Origin: Promethearchaeota archaeon
GTDB lineage: Archaea; Asgardarchaeota; Lokiarchaeia; Sigyniarchaeales; SOKP01
Reading direction: 5' to 3'
DNA: 64,000 nucleotides
Assembly: GCA_016839555.1 (NCBI GenBank)
Contig: JAEOUA010000012.1
Coordinates: forward strand, 224,001 to 288,000
The first letter of the stretch is position 1; each line of letters opens with the position of its first letter. The position numbers and the translations under genes are program-made. This document shows, piece by piece, positions 28,648 through 39,181 of the stretch. The notes under the pieces were generated by a model. It was not told the DNA's origin. It searched no databases and saw only the letters and a list, made by a program, of their open reading frames with translations.

Positions 28648-30147
28648 ATGAATAAAAAAGTAGATATCTCTTGGAATTATCTTGAGAATGTTACAGAGGC
28701 TCTAGACTCTTATAAAATCCGAGCATTTATCGATGCTAAGGATGAAATTATTGATTGTGGGGTTTATAATGAATATCAATTTTTTGAAATTCTTTTTAAA
28801 ATGATTGATGAGGAAAAATTAAAATTTGAGTTATATAATTATTTAAAAAATAATCAAGATAATGGATTTTCAATTATTAAACAATTTTCTGAAGAAAAGA
28901 AAATTAAAATAAAAAAAGTATTAAGTTTACTTGAATTGTTAGAGATTGAAGGCTTAATTTTCTTAGAAGATATTAATAAATCCAATCAAAATGAAGATAT
29001 AAATGAAATTTTTACCAAAAATTTTGAAGATATTCTAATTAAAGTGAAAAAATCTTCTCTAAAAGAGTTAAAAACTATATATGAACCAGTAAAAGTAATT
29101 TTCAACTCAAATATTTGTGCTGGATGTGGAATTTGTGCTGGGATCTGTCCAATGGATTGTATCAATATCCAAAATGGTTATGGTGAAATAGATGAAAATA
29201 AATGTATCAGATGTGGGTTATGTTATTTTGTTTGCCCAAGATCATTTCTTCCAGCTGAAATTTTAAATATTTATCAAAACAAAACATCTAATATCAAAAA
29301 TAATAAAAATCTTGGACCATATTTAGAAGCATATGTCGCAAGGACAAAAGTTAAAGAAATAAAAGCAGCTTGCCAAGATGGGGGGGTTTCAAGTACTTGT
29401 ATCCTTTATTTATTAAATACCAATGAAATTGATGCGGCTTTAGGAGCAAAAATTGGACAAAATCCATGGTGTCCAGAACCCACAATAATCAAAAATAAAG
29501 ATGATATAATCAATTCTGCTGGAACAAAATATGTTAATAATCCAAATTTAAAATTATTAAATAAGTTCAATCTTGAAGATAAGAAAATTGCGGTAATTGG
29601 AGTACCATGTATGATGCAAGCTTTATTGAAATCTAAAATTTACAATATTAATATTCCTTCCATAAATTCTGTTAAATACCGTATAGGAATATTTTGTATG
29701 GAATCTTTTTCTTATGAACAAGGATTTTTAAAAATATGTGAGAAACTAAATGTAGATTTAAGAGATATAAAAAAAACGAATATAGATAAAGGTAAATTTT
29801 TAATTCATACAAATAATGATGATATATTAAGCATTCCAATTAAAGAAATAAATCATTTAGCCAGAGAAGATTGTGAAGTTTGTTTTGATCTTACTTCTGA
29901 ATCTGCTGATATTTCTATAGGTTCGATCGGTGCACCCTTAGGCTGGAATTCTGTATTAATAAGAACACAAAAAGGAAAAGAATTATTTGAAGCTCTGATA
30001 AACAATGATTTAATTGAATCGAAACCAATAGAAGAGGTTAAACCTGGCTTAGAACTGCTTAAAAAAACCGCCATTGGAAAGAAAAAGAATAGTTATAAAC
30101 ATATTATTAAGAAATTGGAGCAAAATAAAAAAGTACCAATATATTAA
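28648..30147 (+). CDS. FrhB/FdhB-family F420-interacting subunit with 2x[4Fe-4S] ferredoxin domain and N-terminal helical extension
   Basis: CAGCGICAGICP, CIRCGLCYFVCP, QDGGVSS, SAGTKY, GVPCMMQAL, GIFCMESF, CEVCFDLTSESADISIGSIG. Confidence 0.88.
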   Translation: MNKKVDISWNYLENVTEALDSYKIRAFIDAKDEIIDCGVYNEYQFFEILFKMIDEEKLKFELYNYLKNNQDNGFSIIKQFSEEKKIKIKKVLSLLELLEIEGLIFLEDINKSNQNEDINEIFTKNFEDILIKVKKSSLKELKTIYEPVKVIFNSNICAGCGICAGICPMDCINIQNGYGEIDENKCIRCGLCYFVCPRSFLPAEILNIYQNKTSNIKNNKNLGPYLEAYVARTKVKEIKAACQDGGVSSTCILYLLNTNEIDAALGAKIGQNPWCPEPTIIKNKDDIINSAGTKYVNNPNLKLLNKFNLEDKKIAVIGVPCMMQALLKSKIYNINIPSINSVKYRIGIFCMESFSYEQGFLKICEKLNVDLRDIKKTNIDKGKFLIHTNNDDILSIPIKEINHLAREDCEVCFDLTSESADISIGSIGAPLGWNSVLIRTQKGKELFEALINNDLIESKPIEEVKPGLELLKKTAIGKKKNSYKHIIKKLEQNKKVPIY

Positions 30148-30227
30148 AATTAGTTTCCAGAAATTTTCTTTTTTCTATTTAATGGCTAATTTGAATTAAA
30201 TAACAAGTTTTATAGATCTTTTAAATA

Positions 30228-31340
30228 TTACTTATTAATGAGGATTTCCTTTTTTTTGTATTTATTTTCTATAGATACTGTTAAATATAATGCTAATTGA
30301 GAAATTTGATGTTTTAAAGAAAATTTTTTGCCATATTTCTTATACATAAATCTTAGAAAAAAATAAAAAACCGCAATAAGCACAAAATAGCTAATAAAAT
30401 ATTTGAATATGAAAAACTCATGACCAACAACACCTATAAGATAAGAAAAAGTCACGCTATGAAGAACAAAAATAGTGAGAGAATAATAAGAAAAATAGAA
30501 AAAGAATTTATATTCCTTTTTAAAATTAAAAATTTCTAATTTCTCAACAATAAATAGTATATTAAAAACAAGGAATTGTAGACCAGATGAATAAATTAAC
30601 CAACAGATTGAATTTCCTTCAAATACACAAGAAGGTGAATAGAGAAAAATAATGGTTATCAAGGAAGACCCTATTATTAAAAAGGGAATAGTTACAGTTT
30701 TAATAAATTTTTTATTAGAGACTTTAGTTTTTTCATTTAAGACTTTTGAATAAATAAGATCTCCCATAAGAGTGCCAAAAATAAAAAATGGAAAATATCC
30801 CAAAATTGGGGAAAAAAGAAAACCATTATAAAAAATATAATAAATAATGCCATTTTTATCCAAAATTTCTAATAGAAATTGAAATAAAAATAAAAAAATA
30901 AGTGCGACAATAATTTTTGTTATTTTTTTTGCATTTAATAAAGGCCATATTAATATCATAGATATTGAAAGTGTTTGGAAGATATTCCATATCCACAAAT
31001 ACTCTAAAGATCCCCAAGTAATCGTTATTAATAAATTATATTGAAGAAATCCTAATGTGAATAGTAAAATTGCCCTCAAAAAATGCATTAGACGATATTT
31101 TTTATAATCTTTATTTTTTTTACCCTGCATCTTATTCATACTATTATGAAAAGATAAGCATAGGCTCAATCCTGATATAAACACAAATCCTTCTGCCCCA
31201 ATCCCGTCAATTAATTTTACAATTGAATCAAAAATAAGATTAGAACCAAATTTTCGACCCCATATTGACATGTGTAAAAAAATCATAAAAGCAATATCAA
31301 ATCCTCTAAAAATATCAATGCTTACGAATCTTTTCTTCAT
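30228..31340 (-). CDS. Membrane acyltransferase (heparan-alpha-glucosaminide N-acetyltransferase/DUF1624-like)
   Basis: RFVSIDIFRG...MIFLH, FVFISGLS, WNIFQTL, YSLTIFVLH; about 10 TM segments. Confidence 0.75.
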   Translation of the reverse strand: MKKRFVSIDIFRGFDIAFMIFLHMSIWGRKFGSNLIFDSIVKLIDGIGAEGFVFISGLSLCLSFHNSMNKMQGKKNKDYKKYRLMHFLRAILLFTLGFLQYNLLITITWGSLEYLWIWNIFQTLSISMILIWPLLNAKKITKIIVALIFLFLFQFLLEILDKNGIIYYIFYNGFLFSPILGYFPFFIFGTLMGDLIYSKVLNEKTKVSNKKFIKTVTIPFLIIGSSLITIIFLYSPSCVFEGNSICWLIYSSGLQFLVFNILFIVEKLEIFNFKKEYKFFFYFSYYSLTIFVLHSVTFSYLIGVVGHEFFIFKYFISYFVLIAVFYFFLRFMYKKYGKKFSLKHQISQLALYLTVSIENKYKKKEILINK

Positions 31341-31513
31341 ATTAGAGAATAGTTATTTTAATTCTTGAATAAATCCTTTATTTTTAAAAACTTTTATTTT
31401 TTTTAAATTATGTGCTTTTCATAGGCTCCTATTGATAGATAGGGAAATAAAAAAATTAATATTTTATATTGAATTTGTAGAAATATATTATTCATATAAA
31501 AGTAAACATAAAT

Positions 31514-32029
31514 ATGAGCCAACAACCAATAAGACCTCAGAGTTTTAAAGAGCAAGTTTTCTTTCGAAAATTACGAACTAGAGTAGATGGAAAAGCTAAA
31601 GTTGATTATGGTTTAACTCAGATTAAAGGAATTGGCAGAAGATTTGCTCAAGCTATATTGAAAACTGCAGATATTGACCCGAATTTAAGAATGGGAGCAT
31701 TATCCGAAAAAAACATTAATACTCTAGAAGAAATAATCTTATCTCCAGTAGAAAATGGAATCCCTAACTGGATGGTAAACAGAAAAAAAGATTTAAGAGA
31801 TGGTGAAGATAAACACCTTTTAGGAAACCAATTAGAAATTAGTGTAAAAAGGGATATTGATCGAATGAAAAAGATTAAAAGTTATAAAGGGATAAGGCAT
31901 CAATTAGGATTAAAGGTTCGTGGTCAAAGAACAAAAAGTACCGGACGCCATGGACTTGTTATTGGAGTACAAAGGAAAAAAATCAGAGCTCAAATGGCTA
32001 AAAAGAGAAAGAAAAAAGAGGGAAAGTAA
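31514..32029 (+). CDS. rps13: 30S ribosomal protein uS13
   Basis: GLTQIKGIGRRFA, IPNWMVNRKKD, YKGIRHQLGLKVRGQRTKSTGR. Confidence 0.97.
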   Translation: MSQQPIRPQSFKEQVFFRKLRTRVDGKAKVDYGLTQIKGIGRRFAQAILKTADIDPNLRMGALSEKNINTLEEIILSPVENGIPNWMVNRKKDLRDGEDKHLLGNQLEISVKRDIDRMKKIKSYKGIRHQLGLKVRGQRTKSTGRHGLVIGVQRKKIRAQMAKKRKKKEGK

Positions 32030-32524
32030 ATGGGAGATCCACGTAGATTAAAAAAGAAATTTAAAAAGCCCAAACATCCTTATCAAAAAGATAGGATTAT
32101 GGAAGAGCTGGAATTTATTGGTAAATATGGACTTCGAAATAAGCGAGAATTCTGGAAAATGAGATCAAAATTAGCAAGATGGCGTCAAATTGCACGACAA
32201 TCAAGAACACTTCCCTTAGAAAGGGCTCAAGAAGTCCAAAAAGCATTAATTAACAAACTGATTCGACTAGGCATTTTAGGACCTGAATCGACCTTTGAAG
32301 ATATCCTTCAATTGACTGTCGAAGACGTTCTTCGAAGAAGACTTCAAACACTTGTTTTTGAGCATGGTTTAGCTAACACAGTTTATCATGCCCGCCAATT
32401 AATCGTACACAAACATATACAAGTTGGCGATAAACGAATAAACTCTCCCTCTCATCTTGTAAAGAGTGAAGAAGAAGATCTAATCCAAATTGCGCCTACT
32501 TCTCCTTTAGCAAGCGCAAAATAA
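32030..32524 (+). CDS. rps4: 30S ribosomal protein uS4
   Basis: MGDP, YGLRNKREFW, RRLQT, ARQLIVHKHI. Confidence 0.97.
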   Translation: MGDPRRLKKKFKKPKHPYQKDRIMEELEFIGKYGLRNKREFWKMRSKLARWRQIARQSRTLPLERAQEVQKALINKLIRLGILGPESTFEDILQLTVEDVLRRRLQTLVFEHGLANTVYHARQLIVHKHIQVGDKRINSPSHLVKSEEEDLIQIAPTSPLASAK

Positions 32525-32620
32525 TAGAGGAATAATTGGCTATCTATTTTTATTAAATTTCTTAAAGAAAGTTAAATAAAAAAAAAGAAGTTATTTTATT
32601 AATAAAATTGAGAATTCTAT

Positions 32621-32854
32621 TTACATACCAGTTCTAGTAATTCCCATATAAACATATATCCATGAAATAGCTATTAAAGCCATTCCTATAAATCCTAGAA
32701 TCTCAACCCAGTCAAAGATGAGAATTACATTTCCACCACGACCAAGAGCTGTTCTTGTAGTGCCAAGAATACAAAGGAATAAAAGAACTAATCCAATAAT
32801 GGTTAAAATGAGAGATATTATTACAGTTTTTTTTTCTGGGGGACTATATGGCAT
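32621..32854 (-). CDS. Small two-TM membrane protein
   Basis: 77 aa, two hydrophobic segments. Confidence 0.65.
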   Translation of the reverse strand: MPYSPPEKKTVIISLILTIIGLVLLFLCILGTTRTALGRGGNVILIFDWVEILGFIGMALIAISWIYVYMGITRTGM

Positions 32855-33039
32855 TAGAATTTCACTTTTTAATCTAATTTTTGTATTTTAATTTGATTTA
32901 TTGATTATTAATTTATTATTTGACTAATTTAAACTTTTCTATAAAAATACGACTTAGAATCGAAATATTCTTAAATTTTGAAGATTTTATAATATTATCT
33001 GGTATTTCTGAATTATTTTAAATTAAGAGTTAGAACATA

Positions 33040-33420
33040 ATGAAAGAAGCTATTGTTCATATATACTCCAGTTTTAATAATACGATTGTAACCGCAACAG
33101 ATTTGAGTGGTGCCGAAACATTTGCAAAATGTAGTGGTGGTATGGTCGTAAAAGCAGACAGGGACGAATCAAATCCATATGCGGGGATGCAGTGTGGATT
33201 TCGAATTGCAGGTGTCCTCAAGGGATTAGGTATCGAATCAATTCATATTAAAGTACGAGCTCCAGGAGGAAACAAGTCTCAAACTCCAGGTCCTGGTGCT
33301 CAAGCATGTATTCGGGCACTTGCCCGTTCTGGATTGAATGTTGGGCGTATAGAAGAGGTTACACCTAAATCTCATGATCATTGTAGGAGAAAAGGAGGAC
33401 ACAGGGGAAGGAGAGTATAG
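33040..33420 (+). CDS. rps11: 30S ribosomal protein uS11
   Basis: [39 protein letters not shown]. Confidence 0.97.
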   Translation: MKEAIVHIYSSFNNTIVTATDLSGAETFAKCSGGMVVKADRDESNPYAGMQCGFRIAGVLKGLGIESIHIKVRAPGGNKSQTPGPGAQACIRALARSGLNVGRIEEVTPKSHDHCRRKGGHRGRRV

Positions 33421-33714
33421 AACTCAAATTCATAGCTTTCTTTTATTAATAGAGCCCAAAACCTAATTAAAGTCCAATTTGATCTCAATAAACAGCTATA
33501 TATTTTTTTTTAAATTTTAAATTAATTTTAAATTATTATCATATTTGATATCCTCTTCTTTAAGATGGGAAACTCATTTAGTAAGTTGTCAGATTTAAAT
33601 TTAAATTTGGAAATATTAAATTATGATAGATATTGCACAAAAATTAAATTAGTGAATTATCATTAATATAATAAAGATATAAGTGATATGTCAATATTAG
33701 AGGATTGAATTATC

Positions 33715-35190
33715 ATGAGCGAAAAGGACAAAACTGATTCAATTATTAATGAAATAAAAGATATTTATAATTTCTTAACAGAGGAGGAACCTACTCCAGA
33801 TTATGAAATAGATGCTCAAAAAATACTTATTGAAAGATTAAATGAATTAAAGCAATCCGATGGATTCCAAAATTACGTTTCTAGAATTGAAAAGATTCTG
33901 AAAAAATTACGTGAATGGGACACACTTGATCATTGGTTTATTGAGACTTCTATTCCACAAGATTTAAATGATTTATTAAAAATCAAAAAGCCAGAAAGCA
34001 CTGAAGCAGTAGAAGCTAAAGAGGAAAAAGAAGTTGAGAAAAAACAAAAGGTCATTGCCCCAGATGTTGATATATCAGATATAGTCTCTCAAATTACCGC
34101 AGAATTCAAGGGAAAGATAAGTGATTTAGAAAAAAAAATAAATACACTTCACCAACAATTAGAAAAAAAGGATGAAAGAATTTCTGAACTAAAAAAGGAT
34201 GAAAATATAGTAAAAAAAAAAGCAAAAATGAAATCAAGATTACCTCCGTTAAAAATAGATTTATCTCAAATTAAAAAACCTGCTGTTTTTGATTCGGGAG
34301 ATAAAATATCTAAGGAAGAAAGTAAAGAAGATATTGGAAAAGTGGAACAAGAACCAAAAATAAAAAAGAAGGTAATTCCTCAGAAAAAAGAAGAAAAAAT
34401 TCAAGAAAAAGAAAGAATGTTAAAAATTTCCTCTGAACAATTGAAGGAGAGTATGGGAGAGAAGGAAATCAAAGCAGAAGTAGAAATTGAAGAAATAGAA
34501 TCAAAAATTGAAAACAAAAAAGAAAAAAAAATAGAAAAACCAATTCTAAAACCTCTTTCAATTAATGAAGTTCACTCTAAAAAAGAAGAAAAATCTACTA
34601 TAAAAGCTCCAATTCCAAATCAAAAAGACAAAAAATCACCTTCCCAACCTTCTATTTCCATTATCACCGAAGAAATTATCTCAGAAAGTACAAAAAATAA
34701 TTATAAAGAAAAAGAACCATTTGCTGAAGTAAAAATAGAAGAAGTAGAGGCAAAAGAAAAAAAATCATCTGCATCGGAATTATACAATGTCTTCTCTTCT
34801 ATAACTCAAAAGAATAATACCCAGAAAAAGCAAACAAAATCAAAAACAAAATCAAAAACTGCTGGAAAAGCATTAGACTCAACATCTAGAAAAGAGTTAA
34901 AAGAAGTGAGTGTAAATGATTTTGAATTAGAAGAAAGTTTTGCGGACGAAGCTTTCCAAGCAAGTATAGAAGAATTGCCAAAAGATAAAGATATTCTCTA
35001 TCAAGAACTTATTGCCCTTGAAGGTAAAAGATATTCTTTAGAAAAAACTTTAAATAAATTAGAAAATAGATATGAAAAAGGAACTATTGATGAATCGACT
35101 TTTAGAAACCAGATTGAAAAATTACAAGTAACCCTCGGAAAAATAACCAATAGAATTGGCGATTTAAGGGGAATTATTAAATCCATATAA
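33715..35190 (+). CDS. Hypothetical protein with folded termini, coiled coils and a long K/E/P-rich disordered linker
   Basis: N-terminal WDTLDHWF motif, central low complexity, C-terminal LYQELIALEGKRYSLEK coiled coil. Confidence 0.75.
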   Translation: MSEKDKTDSIINEIKDIYNFLTEEEPTPDYEIDAQKILIERLNELKQSDGFQNYVSRIEKILKKLREWDTLDHWFIETSIPQDLNDLLKIKKPESTEAVEAKEEKEVEKKQKVIAPDVDISDIVSQITAEFKGKISDLEKKINTLHQQLEKKDERISELKKDENIVKKKAKMKSRLPPLKIDLSQIKKPAVFDSGDKISKEESKEDIGKVEQEPKIKKKVIPQKKEEKIQEKERMLKISSEQLKESMGEKEIKAEVEIEEIESKIENKKEKKIEKPILKPLSINEVHSKKEEKSTIKAPIPNQKDKKSPSQPSISIITEEIISESTKNNYKEKEPFAEVKIEEVEAKEKKSSASELYNVFSSITQKNNTQKKQTKSKTKSKTAGKALDSTSRKELKEVSVNDFELEESFADEAFQASIEELPKDKDILYQELIALEGKRYSLEKTLNKLENRYEKGTIDESTFRNQIEKLQVTLGKITNRIGDLRGIIKSI

Positions 35191-35276
35191 AATCAGTCAA
35201 CAAATATAAATTAATTAATTTAAAAATATTCTCTTATTGACGAAATAAGGATTTTATAAAAGATTAGCAAAAAAAT

Positions 35277-36080
35277 TTATGTTATTTTAAAAATAGGGGG
35301 CAAAGTTTTCTTGTGAAAAGAGGATCTCATCATATTTTTCACTTTAAATACATTTTCCTCATTTAAATCATTCATATCTAAATTATTATCTATTCTATAA
35401 ATAATCTCATCTAATATATCATATGAAATCCCAATTTCATCTTCATCTGTTTGTCCTTTCCAGAGCCCTGCAGAGGGTGGTTTCTTTATTATTTTTTCCG
35501 GAATATTTAGGTGTTTAGCTAGTTCCCTTACTTCACATTTGTAAAGATCCCCCATTAGTTCAAAATCTACAGCGCCATCACCATATTTTGTAAAATAACC
35601 AATAGCTATTTCCGTTCTATTTCCTGTTCCTGCTATTAAATACAGTCCTAAGGATTGACCAATATAATATAAAGTTGTCATTCTTAACCTTGGTTTAACA
35701 TTTGCTAAAGCTAAAATATTATCGCTCCACATATCTTCTCTTATATTAATTATATTGAATTTAGTTACTTCTAATGAAGATATAATACTATCTTTAAATT
35801 CATTAAAAAGAGGTGTAATATCTATCTTTATTATTTCTATTCCAAGTTGATTTGCAATTAATTTTGCATCTTCAAAATCTTGGGGATTAGATTCACAAGG
35901 AAGACTTACTCCAAGAACCTTTTCCTTTCCCAAAGCTCTTACGCATAATGAGGCTACTACTGAACTATCTATGCCTCCGCTCAATCCTATCACGACCCCA
36001 TCGGCTTTAGCTGAAGAAATATAGTTTTTAATCCATTCTTGAATATCTAATTTTACCTTTTCTATATTGAGAGATCTCAT
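35277..36080 (-). CDS. nadE: NH3-dependent NAD+ synthetase
   Basis: GLSGGIDSSV, NVKPRLRM, GTGNRTE, GYFTKYGDG, PPSAGLWKGQTDEDEIG. Confidence 0.97.
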   Translation of the reverse strand: MRSLNIEKVKLDIQEWIKNYISSAKADGVVIGLSGGIDSSVVASLCVRALGKEKVLGVSLPCESNPQDFEDAKLIANQLGIEIIKIDITPLFNEFKDSIISSLEVTKFNIINIREDMWSDNILALANVKPRLRMTTLYYIGQSLGLYLIAGTGNRTEIAIGYFTKYGDGAVDFELMGDLYKCEVRELAKHLNIPEKIIKKPPSAGLWKGQTDEDEIGISYDILDEIIYRIDNNLDMNDLNEENVFKVKNMMRSSFHKKTLPPIFKIT

Positions 36081-36186
36081 CTTAAATATTATTATGTTAA
36101 AAATATTAAATAAAACTTATTTTGAAAAATTAATATTAATAAATATTAATCTATAAAATAAGTCAGAAAGAGAAAAAAGACTTATT

Positions 36187-36603
36187 ATGAGCGAAGAATT
36201 TAAAAAGTTAGTGGATGAATCATTCGAAAAGTCATTTAATCCAATTTGGATTTATACCGATGATTATTTATATGGACTGATGCCTGCGGATGAAGAGGGA
36301 AACCGATGGACTGAAGTTTCTTATACCTTTGAGATGGATGACCCGCTTCAAATAAAAGAAAGAAATGCGATGTTATCTTACCAATTCCTCTTTGAAGAAT
36401 TAGAAAAAGGGGTCTCGTTCTATGTGAAAGATTTTAATGTTAATAACTTAAAGAATTTTGCTAATTCTATCCAAGACAAGTCCGATCCCGAGAAAATAAA
36501 AGCTTTAATTAATGAAATAAAGACAAATCCTGAGAAATATTCTCAAAACTTACCCATGGTTTTTAATAAAGAAAATTTAGACATTATAAAACAAAAAGTT
36601 TAA
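36187..36603 (+). CDS. Hypothetical protein
   Basis: 138-aa ORF divergent from nadE. Confidence 0.7.
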   Translation: MSEEFKKLVDESFEKSFNPIWIYTDDYLYGLMPADEEGNRWTEVSYTFEMDDPLQIKERNAMLSYQFLFEELEKGVSFYVKDFNVNNLKNFANSIQDKSDPEKIKALINEIKTNPEKYSQNLPMVFNKENLDIIKQKV

Positions 36604-36614
36604 TTATTCCTTTT

Positions 36615-37112
36615 TTATAAATATAAATTATCTCGCTGTGGATATCTTTTCCTAAATTCTTTATCCACTTTTCTCGCTAATTGATATCCGATATTAGGTT
36701 TCTTTTCTGAAATAATTTTTTTTAAATGATTTCCATGAGATTTAGAGTATTTTTCAATTCCAGCAGCTATGATATTTTTATCTTTATTAATTGGAACTGC
36801 CATTCCAAAAAGGCGCAATATATCATCTGGAGATAATTTTTTTCCTATTTGCTCATCAATTTCCTTGTCAAGGTTTTTAATTACGGTTCCCATTGAAAGT
36901 GCTGAATAAGGGCTTAACCATTTAGATTTCAACCAGTAAGTATTCGGTTTTTTTTCGATAAACGTATCAGTATTACCTTTCTCATCCGAATCCCCAATTA
37001 TGCTCCAATTTTTTGGATCTTTATCATAATGTTTTTTCATCTTTTTAATTAAATAAGAGATAGGTTCAACACCATGATAATCTTCCTTTTCTTTAGACTC
37101 GTTTTTATTCAT
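36615..37112 (-). CDS. Hypothetical protein
   Basis: 165-aa ORF with normal composition. Confidence 0.7.
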   Translation of the reverse strand: MNKNESKEKEDYHGVEPISYLIKKMKKHYDKDPKNWSIIGDSDEKGNTDTFIEKKPNTYWLKSKWLSPYSALSMGTVIKNLDKEIDEQIGKKLSPDDILRLFGMAVPINKDKNIIAAGIEKYSKSHGNHLKKIISEKKPNIGYQLARKVDKEFRKRYPQRDNLYL

Positions 37113-37277
37113 ACTCTCAATTATAAATAATAAAAAAAACTATAAAAACTTAAACCATATTAAACATAATTAAATCTATATTAGAAAATTGAATTACAAA
37201 GTTATTTCTAGGTTATTATATGTCTTTTAGATAATAATACTATATATATCTAATCTTTATAATAATATATTAGACAC

Positions 37278-39170
37278 ATGATTGATGAAGAAGAAACTTT
37301 AACCAACAAATTCGAAGAATTAATTAAAGAAAGAGAGTACCAAAAAGCTCACCAATTTTTATCAAATTTAGATAAAAAAGAGGAAAAATTTTTACAAAAC
37401 TATAATAAACGTAAAAAAGAGGGAGTTTACTATACTAACTTTAATTTATCCAAATTTATTGTTGAAAAAACACTATTACTATACATAAATGATAAATCTA
37501 AGCTACAATTAAAAGATCTAAATGAAATTATCGATTTAGATTATAGTATAAAAAAAGAAATACAAAATCTTTTAAAAGAATTAACAATTTGCGATCCAAC
37601 GTGTGGCTCCGGCAATTTTTTGTCTAACTCCACAATTATTTTGCATAATACATTGAATAACACTTTACAAAAGAACGAAGAATCTAAATTTAAATTTCAA
37701 ATTTTAAAAAATATTTACGGATTTGACATAAATAATCATTCTATAATATTCTCTAAATTAAAATTAATTAATTGGTTTTATAATGGTGATAATTTTAATA
37801 ATTATTATGAGATAAAACCAATTATAAATTCTAATATTTTAAAGAAAAATAGTCTAATCAATTCAAATCTATCAGAATTAAACCTTAAAAGAGAGAAATT
37901 TGATATAATCATTGGTAATCCCCCTTATGGAAATATATTAAATCAATATGAAAAAAAATTATTAAAAAGAGAGGGTATTTATTTTAAAGATATATATTGC
38001 GCCTATTTATTAAAAGCTTTAGATATGTGCGATGGTTTCATTGGATTTTTAATTCCAAAAAGCTTTCTTATGCGACAGAGCTATATTAATTTTAGAAAAG
38101 AATTCCTCTCTAAAGCGGATTTATTAAATATTTATGATCTAGGTTCTAATATCTTCAGAACTGCGACTAATGAAGTTCAAATCTTAATCTATAAGAAAAT
38201 TTCTAAAAGCTCAAAGAAAACATTCCAAAATTTTTCAAATGATTTAAATATCTATAATTTCCCAAATGAAAAAATCAATTCCTATGAGAATCAGATTTTC
38301 GATGATCTTAGGGTTTGCTTTAATTATGAATGTCCATTAAATAATAAGGCAAAAAAATTTTATATTTACACTTATAAAGAACACTGCCCTACTTGTTTTT
38401 CAAAAACAACGAATTTAAATAGAATAAGAATTAAATGTACAAAAGAAATACTCCAACTAATCAATAGTATTGAAAAAAAAGGAGATCTTAATTATCTAAA
38501 TGTAAGAGATTATCCTAAATTAATACGGGGAGAAGAAGCGGAAGGTTTAAAAGAAGTTAAGTTTGTCCTTAGAAAAGAAAATAAAGGTGATTGTTACTTC
38601 ATTGACGCAAAATACGATTTTCATCCCTATTATTTTAATACATCTAAATTATTTAATCTTGAACTAATAGATCCTAAGAAGCTTAAAGGTAATGCAAAAG
38701 AATATTATAAAGGTCCAAAATTGCTCATTAAACACAATAATATTTATCCAGAAGCATTATTTACAGAGGAAAAAACTTGTTTTACTTCATCAATCTATTC
38801 TCTCTTATACAAAAAAAAAGAAGAATTAAAGTATCTATGTGCGCTTTTAAATTCTCTACTTATTCATTTTTATTGTATTTTTGGAATAAATAATCAAAGA
38901 GACACCACTATTAACCTAAATCAATATATGATAAGGCACCTTCCCATTATTAATATAAATAATTATGAGAAAAGAGATTTAGTAAATCTAGTTGAATTAA
39001 TAACTCATGAGCTTAGAATAGCTAATGGAAAAATGCATCTTCTTATTAAAGAGGATATCAAAAAATTAAATAATTGCATATTTAATTTATATTCAATAAA
39101 TAATGAAGAAAAAAAATTAATAATATCAGAAGTAAAAAAATTCAATCAAAATTTTAACTCTATTTATTAA
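37278..39170 (+). CDS. Orphan N6-adenine DNA methyltransferase (gamma class, TaqI/Eco57I-like) with C-terminal TRD
   Basis: GVYYT, CDPTCGSGNFL, IYGFDIN, FDIIIGNPPY, LKYLCALLNS, YMIRHLPI. Confidence 0.9.
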   Translation: MIDEEETLTNKFEELIKEREYQKAHQFLSNLDKKEEKFLQNYNKRKKEGVYYTNFNLSKFIVEKTLLLYINDKSKLQLKDLNEIIDLDYSIKKEIQNLLKELTICDPTCGSGNFLSNSTIILHNTLNNTLQKNEESKFKFQILKNIYGFDINNHSIIFSKLKLINWFYNGDNFNNYYEIKPIINSNILKKNSLINSNLSELNLKREKFDIIIGNPPYGNILNQYEKKLLKREGIYFKDIYCAYLLKALDMCDGFIGFLIPKSFLMRQSYINFRKEFLSKADLLNIYDLGSNIFRTATNEVQILIYKKISKSSKKTFQNFSNDLNIYNFPNEKINSYENQIFDDLRVCFNYECPLNNKAKKFYIYTYKEHCPTCFSKTTNLNRIRIKCTKEILQLINSIEKKGDLNYLNVRDYPKLIRGEEAEGLKEVKFVLRKENKGDCYFIDAKYDFHPYYFNTSKLFNLELIDPKKLKGNAKEYYKGPKLLIKHNNIYPEALFTEEKTCFTSSIYSLLYKKKEELKYLCALLNSLLIHFYCIFGINNQRDTTINLNQYMIRHLPIININNYEKRDLVNLVELITHELRIANGKMHLLIKEDIKKLNNCIFNLYSINNEEKKLIISEVKKFNQNFNSIY

Positions 39171-39181
39171 TAAAATCGATA

